Of a stretch of 64,000 nt of DNA, positions 20,172-29,709 are shown piece after piece; the stretch's first letter is position 1; the number at the start of each line of letters is the position of its first letter. Source of the stretch: Gammaproteobacteria bacterium (lineage in GTDB: Bacteria > Pseudomonadota > Gammaproteobacteria > Eutrophobiales > Eutrophobiaceae); NCBI GenBank assembly GCA_965243205.1, contig CBDEUK010000002.1, positions 448,001 through 512,000 on the forward strand, written 5' to 3'. The notes under the pieces were generated by a model. It did not search any database, had not been told where the DNA came from, and saw nothing but the letters and a program-made list of their open reading frames with translations. The position numbers were made by a program, and so were the translations under genes.

Positions 20172-20637
20172 TTCCTACACCATCATCTTTAGTCCAATTT
20201 CCAGGTTTCATTTTTATAATTATCTCTTGCTCAGAATTTGCATATATATCATTCATATCAAAATCTTCAGATATTTTTTCATAGTCATTATGAATAAACA
20301 TGATCTTAAAATTAGGATCGGCTGCCACGGGTAGTTTTTCTGATTTAGTGAATAAAAAAGTATTGTATTCTGTTTTATGAAAAGGAAAGTATGCAGAGAC
20401 AATATCTTTCTTTTTTCCTTCTCTTTCTTGACAAATATCATTATTGCGATGTCTATAACATCTGATATGAGCTGAAAATATAGGAGCACCTGTCTCTTTA
20501 TCAACAGTTTTAAAATGTAAAATTGAAAAATCCAATACTTTTTTTGGCTTTACTCCAAACAAAGCAAAATAATCCGCAGCGACTAACAGCAAAACCAAAA
20601 CAGCCAACACACCTATATATTTAAAAAATTTAATCAT
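20164..20637 (-). CDS. Hypothetical membrane-anchored protein
   Basis: N-terminal TM, one Cys pair; overlaps the next gene in the operon. Confidence 0.65.
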   Translation of the reverse strand: MIKFFKYIGVLAVLVLLLVAADYFALFGVKPKKVLDFSILHFKTVDKETGAPIFSAHIRCYRHRNNDICQEREGKKKDIVSAYFPFHKTEYNTFLFTKSEKLPVAADPNFKIMFIHNDYEKISEDFDMNDIYANSEQEIIIKMKPGNWTKDDGVGNE

Positions 20638-20644
20638 TACTTTA

Positions 20645-21814
20645 TTAATCTCTTCTTAATCTATCACTAACAGCAATCGGGGTTGGGTAACGTAACACTA
20701 TTAAATAGGATGAAATCATAAATGTTAATAATGTCGTTAATTGTATTAGATAAGATGCAGACTGACTAATTAAATGAGATTCCAATGCCAACACTGCAAT
20801 TAATAATGAAAACTCACTTACCTGCCCTAATCGAAAACCTACTTCTAATGATACAGCTGGAGTTTCACCTATACGTTTTAATAAAAATAGAAAAATTAAT
20901 GGTTTTAATATTAAGACTAGTGCAGCAAGTAATAATGCAGGCAGTAATATTTCATTAATTATCGACAAATCAAAACCAGCGCCTAATGAAAAGAAAAAGA
21001 TAATCAAAAAGAAATCTCTTAAAGGTTTTAAATGATCGGTAATAAATAAAGCTATGGGACTTGAAGCTAAGGTTACACCCGCAATAAACGCTCCAATCTC
21101 ATGCGACAAACCCATGTAAGAAGCTAATTCCGCGATACCTAAACACCATGCAATCGCTAGAAGAAAAATATATTCATGAATTCTATCAAACTGCATAATC
21201 AGTTTTAACAAAACGTATTTAGATAAAACATAAGTAATGACGATTAAAACTGGCAAACTGACGAGTTGTAAAGCGATATCAATGATTAATGATCCACCTT
21301 TGCCATAACCTTGAATCATTAACAAAATGATAATTGCCAATAAATCTTGGATTAGTAAAATACTGATGATAATTTGACCTGTATGTTTATGATGTAAGAT
21401 GGTGGTTGGCAATAATTTTAGCCCAATAATTGTGCTAGAAAACATCATTACTGCACCAATCATGACCGCATTTAATACATCGTATCCAAAAAAATACCCA
21501 ATAAAAAAACCTACCAGTAAAAAAGAAAATGAACTAATTAATGTAACCATTAATGCTTTGCTTAACATGCTCAGCAGTTGCTGGGGTAATAAATCTAAGC
21601 CTAATAAATATAAAAGAAAAATTATCCCAATATTCGATATCTCCTGAATAAGTTCAGGATCATTGACCAAACCAAAACCATATGGACCGAATAAAATACC
21701 TAGAATGATATGCCCTACTAATATTGCCTGACGTGCATACAAAGAAAGCGTTGCCATAACAGCCGCGCCTGTAAAGATCAAAAAAATAGAAAACTCAACC
21801 GATGTATGTTCCAT
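20645..21814 (-). CDS. Cation:proton antiporter (CPA2/Kef-type membrane domain only)
   Basis: FSSTII, LLIQD, GAFIAG, LRDFF and QVSEFS motifs; no KTN domain. Confidence 0.88.
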   Translation of the reverse strand: MEHTSVEFSIFLIFTGAAVMATLSLYARQAILVGHIILGILFGPYGFGLVNDPELIQEISNIGIIFLLYLLGLDLLPQQLLSMLSKALMVTLISSFSFLLVGFFIGYFFGYDVLNAVMIGAVMMFSSTIIGLKLLPTTILHHKHTGQIIISILLIQDLLAIIILLMIQGYGKGGSLIIDIALQLVSLPVLIVITYVLSKYVLLKLIMQFDRIHEYIFLLAIAWCLGIAELASYMGLSHEIGAFIAGVTLASSPIALFITDHLKPLRDFFLIIFFFSLGAGFDLSIINEILLPALLLAALVLILKPLIFLFLLKRIGETPAVSLEVGFRLGQVSEFSLLIAVLALESHLISQSASYLIQLTTLLTFMISSYLIVLRYPTPIAVSDRLRRD

Positions 21815-21847
21815 ACCTTATAAACGAAACGAGTGATAGTATATTTA

Positions 21848-24800
21848 TTATAACTTTTTATCTTGATGATTTCTGATTATATTTAATTGTTTATCCAGTC
21901 TTTCTGGAGAAATTTTAATATTCGTTTTCATTTCTTGAGCAAACAAGGATATTCGAAATTCTTCAATCATCCATCGATAGTCAAATACATTCTTATCAAA
22001 ATTTTCAGTTTTTTTCTGTAAAGCATCCATTTCTATATACTTACTCCAATAAGGTAAAAGTTTGTTTAAATTCTGTTGATCTTTTTTTAATGAAGAATCT
22101 AGCTTTTCTATCCTATATATGATCGCTGATAAATATTTTGGGTATTTCTCCAACCACTTATAAGGCACATTTTTTATAAACCCTAATGGCATTAAAAAAT
22201 CCATTTGAGATTGAATATCTCCTTTCACCAAGTTCAGATTTTCGCTTTTTAAATTCCTTAACAACCTTAAAATAGTTTGATACTGTTTAAACATATCAGA
22301 AATTAGTGGCATAAACTCATTGATACTCGCGATAAATTTAATTTGTTCACGCTGTAAAATCTCATCGAAACCTTGTTTCGTTCTGGTAATGCTATATTTA
22401 TCTATAAAAGAATGTTCAATTGTTTTATAAATAATTTCCTGAATTAATTGCTCTTTGCTATAACCACTATTTAATAAAGTAATTGCTATTTTATTATCTA
22501 AAAGATTCTTTTTAACATATTTAATATCTTTTCGAAGGTATTTCTGAAATAGTTTATTTAAACCATTTCTCATCGATAATTCAGCTTTCGCCTCAACATC
22601 AAATGATTTAATAGAAATAACATCATCTTTTTCAAGCAATGCGGGAAACAGTGTGATTTCAATATCATTGATTTTTGAGATATATGAAACTGGTAAATCA
22701 GGAAAATCCCAGACTTCAATATTATCTCTTTCAAATTCTGATTGATGTGTCACATCAATCAGCTGGTCAATCTTTTCTGCTAGATCCGATTTAATAGCTT
22801 TTACATCACGTCCCTCGGCAATACAACTACCTTCTTCATCGATTATTTTTATATTTAACAATAGGTGTTCAGGTATTGATGTGACATCAAAATCTTTTTC
22901 TTTTATTTTTATACCACGAGTTTTGAAAACAAATTCAATTAAACCATGAACTATATTTCCATTCAGATATGATATATTTTTTTCACATTCATCAACGAAC
23001 TCAGGCAATGGCACAAACTGTTTTCTGATTGATTTTGGTAATGATTTTAATAAATAGGTCAATCGTTGCTTAGATAAACCAGGAACAATTGAATGGTAAA
23101 TTGACTCATCTAGCTTATTTAATAGAATTATTGGTACTTCTAATGAAGCACCATCATCTTTAGATTCAGGTGAAAAATTATAGGTAATAGGCAATTCAGA
23201 TTTTTGAATAACAATACTGTCTGGAAAAAGATGTTCTATACTATCATCTAAATTTTCTTCTTTTAATAAATCATTATCTTGAATAAACAAATATTCTCTA
23301 TCTTCTTTTTCAATTTTTTTTCGCCAACCATCCAAAGTTTGCAAACTACAAACATTAACAGGTAGTTTGTTGTCATAAAATTCAAACACGACAGATTCAT
23401 CCAACTTATCTTGACGTCTGGTTTTAGCTTCTAATAATCGTGCATTTTCAATCAACGTTTTATTATGCATATAATACTTTGCATCACTATTAAGTTTCAG
23501 ATTGATAAATGCTTCTTCTATAAAAAGCTTTCTCGCTTCTTGTGAATTTATTTTTCCGAAATTGACTGGTTGTTTCGCAACTATAACTAAACCATATAAA
23601 CTGATACTTTCATAAGCCGTGATTTGTTGTTTTTTATCATCCCAATGCGGCTCAGTATAACTACGTTGAACAAGATGTTTTGCTGGCTTTAACACCCATT
23701 TCGGATCGATTTTAGCGACTGTTCTAGCAAATAATTTACTGGTTTCAGCAATCTCAGCCGACATAATCCATTTCGGCATTACTTTAAACTGACTGGAACC
23801 TGGGAAAATATTCAACTTACTTCCGCGCGCACCTAAATAATTTTTTTCATCATCTTTAATCGCTAAGTGGCTAAGTAAACCCGCAATGATTGCGCAATGA
23901 ATATTATTGTAATCAGCTGCTTCGGAATTCATTGAATACTTAAGTTCTTTAACAATATCTTTTAATTGACGATGTATATCTTGCCACTCATTCATTCTGT
24001 TAAAAGACAAATAATTTGTTTTACAAAGTTTTTTTAACTGATTTTTTGAAAGCTGTTTAGATTGCTTTTGATAAAACTGCCAAAGATTAATGTAACGTAA
24101 AAAATCCGAATATTGATGATCAAATTGTTTATGAGCTTCGTCCGCTTTACCAGGTTCATCTAGTGGCCTTTCTCTTGGATCTAAAATACTCAAAGCACTA
24201 ATGATAATTAATATTTCATTGACACAATGATAACTTTTAGCTGCGATTAACATACGACCAAATCGCGGTTCAACTGGCAAACGCGATAATTCTTTACCAA
24301 TCGCTGTTAATTCTTGTTGTTTATCTAATGCTGATAACTCGGTTAATAACCGTAGACCATCATTGATATAACGTTGGTTAGGCTTTGTTATAAATGGAAA
24401 ATCACTGATATCACCCAACCGCATTGATTTCATTTGTAATATAACAGTCGCAAGGTTAGTTCTTAGAATCTCAGGCTCAGTAAAACATGAACGTTGTTCG
24501 AAATCGTCCTCCGAATACAAACGAATACATACACCTTCATGTGTTCGTCCACAACGTCCTTTTCGCTGATTAGCAGCCGCTTGCGAAATCTTTTCAACAG
24601 GCAAACGTTGAATCTTGCTTTTGTAACTATAACGACTGATTTTGGCATAACCTAGGTCAATCACAAATGAAATTCCTGGAATCGTTAGCGATGTTTCGGC
24701 CACATTAGTTGCCAAAATAATGTGACGTTTATTATGCGGCTTGAAAATTTTTGACTGGCCTTCACTGGTTAATCGAGAATACAACGGTAGGATTTCAGTA

Positions 24801-25741
24801 TTGGATAAAGATTGCTTACGTAAAAACGTCAGCATCTCATGAATTTCTCGTTCGCCAGGTAGAAAGACAAGAATATCACCTAAACCAACATGTCCTAATT
24901 CTGTTATTGCATCGTGTAGAACATTCTGAGTCGCTGCTTCTTCATCGGCAGCATCCTCTAACGGACGATAACGAACTTCAACTGGATATGTACGCCCTTC
25001 TACTTGAATAATTGGCGCATCATTAAAATGTTCAGAAAATTGTTCAACATCGATTGTTGCTGAAGTAATGATAACTTTTAAATCTGGGCGTTTTGGCAAT
25101 AATCGTTTTAGATACCCCAAGATAAAATCAATATTGAGACTGCGCTCATGAGCTTCATCAATGATCAAAACCTCATAGTCATTCAGCCATCGGTCTTTCT
25201 GCATTTCTGCTAACAGCACACCGTCGGTCATTAATTTGATATAAGTCTCATCCGATGTCTTATCATTATGACGGATCTTATAACCAACCCCTTTGCCCAA
25301 TGGCATATCCAATTCCTTAGCTAATCGGTTTGCTATGGATTTTGCTGCTAACCTTCTTGGCTGAGTATGGCCCACTAAACCTTTTGCACCATAACCTTGG
25401 GCTAAACAAATTTTTGGAAGTTGAGTCGTTTTGCCCGAACCGGTTTCACCACATACTACTATCAATTGATTTTCGTTCAGTAATCTCGAAATTTCTTCTA
25501 CATGCGAATAAATTGGCAAATCTTGGTTATACGTAATCTCTGACAGATTATTACGTTTTTTATTGACATAATTCATAGAATTATCAATGTCTTGTTGTAA
25601 TTTATTAAATAAATTTTTAGTTTTTTGGCTTGACCCTTGCTTGAGTTTTGATAATTGAGAACGAAATAAATATTGTTCCCTCATACGGCATTGAGGGATT
25701 TTATTTTTAAGGGTACTCAGCTCGGATATATCAAAGGACAT
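21848..25741 (-). CDS. hrpA: ATP-dependent RNA helicase HrpA
   Basis: GETGSGKTTQ, DEAH, SAT and QRKGRCGR motifs; C-terminal RWMIEEFRISLFAQ; 1297 aa. Confidence 0.96.
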   Translation of the reverse strand: MSFDISELSTLKNKIPQCRMREQYLFRSQLSKLKQGSSQKTKNLFNKLQQDIDNSMNYVNKKRNNLSEITYNQDLPIYSHVEEISRLLNENQLIVVCGETGSGKTTQLPKICLAQGYGAKGLVGHTQPRRLAAKSIANRLAKELDMPLGKGVGYKIRHNDKTSDETYIKLMTDGVLLAEMQKDRWLNDYEVLIIDEAHERSLNIDFILGYLKRLLPKRPDLKVIITSATIDVEQFSEHFNDAPIIQVEGRTYPVEVRYRPLEDAADEEAATQNVLHDAITELGHVGLGDILVFLPGEREIHEMLTFLRKQSLSNTEILPLYSRLTSEGQSKIFKPHNKRHIILATNVAETSLTIPGISFVIDLGYAKISRYSYKSKIQRLPVEKISQAAANQRKGRCGRTHEGVCIRLYSEDDFEQRSCFTEPEILRTNLATVILQMKSMRLGDISDFPFITKPNQRYINDGLRLLTELSALDKQQELTAIGKELSRLPVEPRFGRMLIAAKSYHCVNEILIIISALSILDPRERPLDEPGKADEAHKQFDHQYSDFLRYINLWQFYQKQSKQLSKNQLKKLCKTNYLSFNRMNEWQDIHRQLKDIVKELKYSMNSEAADYNNIHCAIIAGLLSHLAIKDDEKNYLGARGSKLNIFPGSSQFKVMPKWIMSAEIAETSKLFARTVAKIDPKWVLKPAKHLVQRSYTEPHWDDKKQQITAYESISLYGLVIVAKQPVNFGKINSQEARKLFIEEAFINLKLNSDAKYYMHNKTLIENARLLEAKTRRQDKLDESVVFEFYDNKLPVNVCSLQTLDGWRKKIEKEDREYLFIQDNDLLKEENLDDSIEHLFPDSIVIQKSELPITYNFSPESKDDGASLEVPIILLNKLDESIYHSIVPGLSKQRLTYLLKSLPKSIRKQFVPLPEFVDECEKNISYLNGNIVHGLIEFVFKTRGIKIKEKDFDVTSIPEHLLLNIKIIDEEGSCIAEGRDVKAIKSDLAEKIDQLIDVTHQSEFERDNIEVWDFPDLPVSYISKINDIEITLFPALLEKDDVISIKSFDVEAKAELSMRNGLNKLFQKYLRKDIKYVKKNLLDNKIAITLLNSGYSKEQLIQEIIYKTIEHSFIDKYSITRTKQGFDEILQREQIKFIASINEFMPLISDMFKQYQTILRLLRNLKSENLNLVKGDIQSQMDFLMPLGFIKNVPYKWLEKYPKYLSAIIYRIEKLDSSLKKDQQNLNKLLPYWSKYIEMDALQKKTENFDKNVFDYRWMIEEFRISLFAQEMKTNIKISPERLDKQLNIIRNHQDKKL

Positions 25742-25965
25742 TTAACACGCTTTAAAAGGTAAAAATTACGTTTATGGGATTCAGTTTCTGCATGATGAAA
25801 TATGAAAAAACCAGTATTTTTCAGGCATTAAGCATTTATTTATCTTGTAATTCCTCAAACTACTGGTACGATGAGAAAATTGTCATATAACAAATCTGAA
25901 TCTGTATTTGCAGCGATAATACTAATCATTATGCAAATAGCAACATATGCTCGAGCGGAATACTA

Positions 25966-27906
25966 ATGCGGTTGGATTTTGAACTCGCTGGCAGCCAAAT
26001 TGATGGTGCAAGAGACTATCAAGAGGACGCCTTTTTAATTACACATCTGACTGATACCGATGGTAATCCAAGTGCCTTAATTATTGTGGCCGATGGCATG
26101 GGCGGGCATGCTGCAGGCAACGTAGCCAGTAATATGGCCGTTCAAGCCTTCAATAAGCACGTAAGCAGCCATTATCCTACCTTAGCTGTTTCAAAAATCC
26201 TCGAAGAAGCCGTTGATAAAGCCAATTTATCTATTCGTGAAACCATAGAAGAAACCCCCGCTCTACAAGGCATGGGGTGCACGATGATCGGGGCCATATT
26301 GGAAAAAGGCAAAATTTGGTGGGCTAGCGTTGGTGATTCACATTTATATTTGGTAAGAGAAAGTGGTATAGCAAAAATCAACCAAGACCACAGCTATGGT
26401 GGTTTTATTGATCGCATGGAAGCTGCTGGTAAATTCATCGAGCCCGATCCAGGCCTTACCCGAAATATGCTCATGAGCGCTATAACGGGTGAAACCGTTA
26501 ATGAAATCGATTGTCCAGATACTCCTCGAGAACTCTATCCAGATGATCGTGTACTTATTTGCACCGATGGTATGGATACATTAAGTAACGGCAAAATTCT
26601 CGAGTTTATGACCAATGGCAATAATCCGAAAGAATGCTCGGATAGCTTGATGCAAGCCGTTATCGACGCTGACATGCCTCGTCAAGATAATACTACTGCT
26701 GTCGTTGCAAATATCTCTGGCGAAAAAATTAGCTCTAAACCACTTGAACAACCTGTTGCTGAGACAGAAAACGGTATTGCTGAAGATAATCTCAATATAG
26801 AAGCTATTGAAGAAAACTTAACAGCTGAAAGCATTAATATTCCGAAGCCAGAAACAGACCCTTATCAAAGTAATATCGATGATTATCCTGATAGCGACAA
26901 AAGTTATACCGGTTTAATTATTTCAGCCTTAGCATTATTAGTATTAATTGGCATCGGTGTTTACTACTTCCTACCAAAATCACCGACTGATACACCACCA
27001 ATTGTCACAACACCAATTGAAGAGCCATCCGAAATTGAAGTCACTGATATAGTAGATGAACCACTTGAAGACGAATTAGATGAAGAAACGGAAGAAATTG
27101 ATGAACCCCTTGAGGATGAACTGGAAGAATTATCTGAACCAGAAACTGAAGTCGCCGTAGTGATTCCTATAGAAGTTGAAGAGTTCACTGATAAACTAAA
27201 CTCTGGCGGTAACAGCCCTACAATGGTTAAGTTACCTGCTGGAAAATTTAAAATGGGTAATTCCAATACAACACGTTTCGCCAATGAACAACCTGTTCAT
27301 GATGTTAATATTAATGCCTTTGCAATCAGCAAATATGAAATAACGTTTGCCCAATATGACCGTTTTGCTAAAGCCACAGGCAGAGGTTTACCAAACAGCA
27401 AGGGCTTATCTCGTTCTGAAAATCCAGTATCAAAAATCAGCTGGGCTAATGCCAAAGCCTATACTGAATGGTTATCGAAACAAACAGGACAGAGCTATCA
27501 ACTTCCAACAGAAGCTCAATGGGAGTATGCAGCAACTGCTGGTGAGAAAGAACCATATCCTTGGGGTTATAAAGAACTGTCAGGAAAAGCCCATTGTTTA
27601 ACATGTAATATGCCTAACCAACCAATCAAACAAACCAAGGTTGGTAGTTATCCAGTCAATAAATTTGGTTTGCATGATATGAACGGAAACGTAGCCGAAT
27701 GGGTGCAGGAATGTTGGCATCGTAACTATGCAGATGCTCCTTCTACTGGCGAATTACGAACGGGTGGAGATTGTTCGTATCGCACCGTTAGAGGTGGAAG
27801 TTTTGAAAGCCCCCAAAGCTCTTTACGTAGCCAGCGGCGTGATAAATACGGGGCTAAAAATACTTATGATAATATTGGATTTAGAGTCGTCAGAATACTT
27901 GATTAA
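25966..27906 (+). CDS. PP2C Ser/Thr phosphatase - TM - FGE-sulfatase (SUMF1) domain fusion
   Basis: RDYQED, VADGMGGH, VGDS, CTDG and DNTT (PP2C); one TM; acidic linker; YEITFAQY, LPTEAQWEYAA, GNVAEW, RGGSF and GFRVV (FGE domain). Confidence 0.88.
   Translation: MRLDFELAGSQIDGARDYQEDAFLITHLTDTDGNPSALIIVADGMGGHAAGNVASNMAVQAFNKHVSSHYPTLAVSKILEEAVDKANLSIRETIEETPALQGMGCTMIGAILEKGKIWWASVGDSHLYLVRESGIAKINQDHSYGGFIDRMEAAGKFIEPDPGLTRNMLMSAITGETVNEIDCPDTPRELYPDDRVLICTDGMDTLSNGKILEFMTNGNNPKECSDSLMQAVIDADMPRQDNTTAVVANISGEKISSKPLEQPVAETENGIAEDNLNIEAIEENLTAESINIPKPETDPYQSNIDDYPDSDKSYTGLIISALALLVLIGIGVYYFLPKSPTDTPPIVTTPIEEPSEIEVTDIVDEPLEDELDEETEEIDEPLEDELEELSEPETEVAVVIPIEVEEFTDKLNSGGNSPTMVKLPAGKFKMGNSNTTRFANEQPVHDVNINAFAISKYEITFAQYDRFAKATGRGLPNSKGLSRSENPVSKISWANAKAYTEWLSKQTGQSYQLPTEAQWEYAATAGEKEPYPWGYKELSGKAHCLTCNMPNQPIKQTKVGSYPVNKFGLHDMNGNVAEWVQECWHRNYADAPSTGELRTGGDCSYRTVRGGSFESPQSSLRSQRRDKYGAKNTYDNIGFRVVRILD
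27055..27129 (+). repeat. Degenerate 45-bp-period tandem duplication encoding DEPLEDEL
   Basis: GATGAACCACTTGAAGACGAATTAGA / GATGAACCCCTTGAGGATGAACTGGA. Confidence 0.65.
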
Positions 27907-27963
27907 ATCTTGAAATAAACCGCGTCCATGCGGTACAACTTCGTCCAATCCTTTTAAAACTAT

Positions 27964-28701
27964 TTATTTACTATCTTCTTTACGTCCACCAATCAAGACT
28001 AAACCTGCTGTTGCTGATAAGAATAGAGGTAAGCTATCAGGCAATGGCACTGGTTGTGGATTCAAATCTATATTTAAACTACCACCACCACGCTTTCTAC
28101 CATTAATAGCATCAAAAAATTGTAATTGTGCTGAAGCACCAAAAAATATATTTTTGTTGTTAGCACCCTCGCCTATTTGAAATCCTGAATTAATTAAAGA
28201 GAACTCAAACGTAGCGGCATCTTTATCGGCAGGCTGGAAACCATCATTTAATGTTCCTTCATCTAATAAATAACCTGACCAACCTGCGGTTGAAGTATTA
28301 CCAGTATATTGCCAAGTATTGGTATCAACAGGTCCACCTTTTTCAGTATAAGCCTTGCCTTTGAGTTGTTTCTTTGGATTAGTTACAGGTGTTGATGAAA
28401 GATCATTAAATTCTGCATAAACATCATATGTTTTTACACCATTACTGATCCTTGCCATTAATACTGCGTTGTTACTATCATCAACATTCAAAAAGCCAAA
28501 ATTATCAACAATAGTAAATTCTTTGGACTCTGTCTTGCCACCACGGATATTTTTATTATTGATTTTAAATGCATAGCCATCTCCGCAAACTCTGCCATAA
28601 CTATCGCAAAATGCTTCTTTTGCATCGTAAACCATTGCAGACATGGCACTTGAAGAAACGAATAAAAGCAATAATGTAGTGATTAGTTGTTTCATAGTCA
28701 T
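27964..28701 (-). CDS. Secreted protein with VPLPA/PEP-CTERM-type sorting signal
   Basis: Signal peptide; C-terminal PVPLPDSLPLFLSATAGLVLIGGRK. Confidence 0.82.
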   Translation of the reverse strand: MTMKQLITTLLLLFVSSSAMSAMVYDAKEAFCDSYGRVCGDGYAFKINNKNIRGGKTESKEFTIVDNFGFLNVDDSNNAVLMARISNGVKTYDVYAEFNDLSSTPVTNPKKQLKGKAYTEKGGPVDTNTWQYTGNTSTAGWSGYLLDEGTLNDGFQPADKDAATFEFSLINSGFQIGEGANNKNIFFGASAQLQFFDAINGRKRGGGSLNIDLNPQPVPLPDSLPLFLSATAGLVLIGGRKEDSK

Positions 28702-28730
28702 AATTTTATTTTTAAACTTAATATGACTAT

Positions 28731-28840
28731 GGCGAAGAATGTGCCAATAAATTTTATGCTTGGTAAAACAGTAGTTTATAAAACTAGTGAGAAGTAGTTC
28801 TCAGAGGGTTTTTTATAAAATGTGTCAGGTTTCTCCGACA
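28731..28840 (-). promoter_or_regulatory. sigma54 promoter with enhancer palindrome for the VPLPA-CTERM gene
   Basis: TTGGCACATTCTTCGC (GG-N10-GC) on the - strand at 28747-28732; TGTC-N10-GACA at 28823-28840. Confidence 0.65.
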
Positions 28841-28897
28841 AACACCTTGTGAACTAGTTAACATTCCCTTTTTTATCAAAAACTTACATGAATTTTA

Positions 28898-28913
28898 TGT
28901 GATTTTTATCACA
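28898..28913. promoter_or_regulatory. CRP-like binding site
   Basis: Exact TGTGA-N6-TCACA. Confidence 0.5.
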
Positions 28914-28915
28914 GT

Positions 28916-29200
28916 TTAAGATTCATCTTTATCGCTATGACCTAAGTCTTTATCAGGCGCGATAACATCTCTTATAAGTTGTTTCAGTTCTTTTGATTCG
29001 GGAAATTTTCCCATGTCTTTTTTTGAATGAATTACGGTTTCGTTAATCAAAACTTCAAAGACACCGCCACTTCCAGGACGCAGAGCAAGCTCCTCGATTT
29101 CATCGGCAAATGTCATTAATAACTCCTGAGCTAACCAACTGGCTCTGAGAATAAAACGACATTGAGAACAATAGTGGATAGTGACTTTAGCTTTTTTCAT
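28916..29200 (-). CDS. SelT/SelW/SelH (Rdx) family protein
   Basis: IHYCSQC, RASWLAQELL, GGVFEV, DLGHSD. Confidence 0.92.
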   Translation of the reverse strand: MKKAKVTIHYCSQCRFILRASWLAQELLMTFADEIEELALRPGSGGVFEVLINETVIHSKKDMGKFPESKELKQLIRDVIAPDKDLGHSDKDES

Positions 29201-29215
29201 TCGTGATTTAATTTT

Positions 29216-29242
29216 GAACTCATTGGAAGAAGTCGTATCTAC
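29216..29242 (+). promoter_or_regulatory. Putative sigmaE/ECF promoter
   Basis: GAACTC-N16-TCTAC about 20 bp upstream of the ATG. Confidence 0.4.
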
Positions 29243-29262
29243 TTAGAAACGAGGTATTGATT

Positions 29263-29679
29263 ATGAAAAATATAAAATATTTATTAGCAATTTTAGCATT
29301 TTCATTAATGTCTACAACTGCATCAGCAGGCGTAAAAATAATTTTTAATAATGGTGGCTATGGTCATTACCCAGTCCATTATTCTTATAAGAATTATAAC
29401 AGGCACTATAATAATCGGTATTATAAACACAGATATTATCAACCGCGTCCCAAATACTATCGACATTATAATAATGCATATAGAACACCTTCATATCCTT
29501 ATGCTTATAAAAGACCAATAAATAAATATAAACATTATTACCACAACCCTGGTTACTATAACCACAAACCTCATAGATCATATAAAAATAAATATAGAAA
29601 ATATAAGTATCATCAACGTGGTTATGGAAATTATCACAATAAGTATAGGAAAGGCCGTCTGACAAATAGAAGATATTAA
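29263..29679 (+). CDS. Secreted Tyr/His/Lys/Arg/Asn-rich low-complexity protein
   Basis: GAGG RBS, signal peptide ending ASA; about 30 Tyr and no Asp/Glu in the mature part; followed by a terminator. Confidence 0.75.
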   Translation: MKNIKYLLAILAFSLMSTTASAGVKIIFNNGGYGHYPVHYSYKNYNRHYNNRYYKHRYYQPRPKYYRHYNNAYRTPSYPYAYKRPINKYKHYYHNPGYYNHKPHRSYKNKYRKYKYHQRGYGNYHNKYRKGRLTNRRY

Positions 29680-29709
29680 TTTACGATTTCATCTACACCT
29701 CCTCAACCC

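Noticed and set aside
26964-27284. Ser-rich 106-aa ORF
   Set aside because: It is the reverse complement of the Glu/Asp-rich linker codons.
27200-27906. FGE/CLec domain as a diversity-generating retroelement target
   Set aside because: No reverse transcriptase and no template/variable repeat pair seen in the window.
27919-27934. ACCGCGTCCATGCGGT palindrome as a REP element
   Set aside because: I saw only one copy in the window; it may simply be a weak terminator between convergent genes.
28916-29200. SelW-like gene as a selenoprotein
   Set aside because: The motif is CSQC with normal Cys codons; no in-frame TGA.
29345-29665. Tyr/Ile-rich antisense ORF
   Set aside because: Mirror of the low-complexity + strand gene, which has the RBS, signal peptide and terminator.
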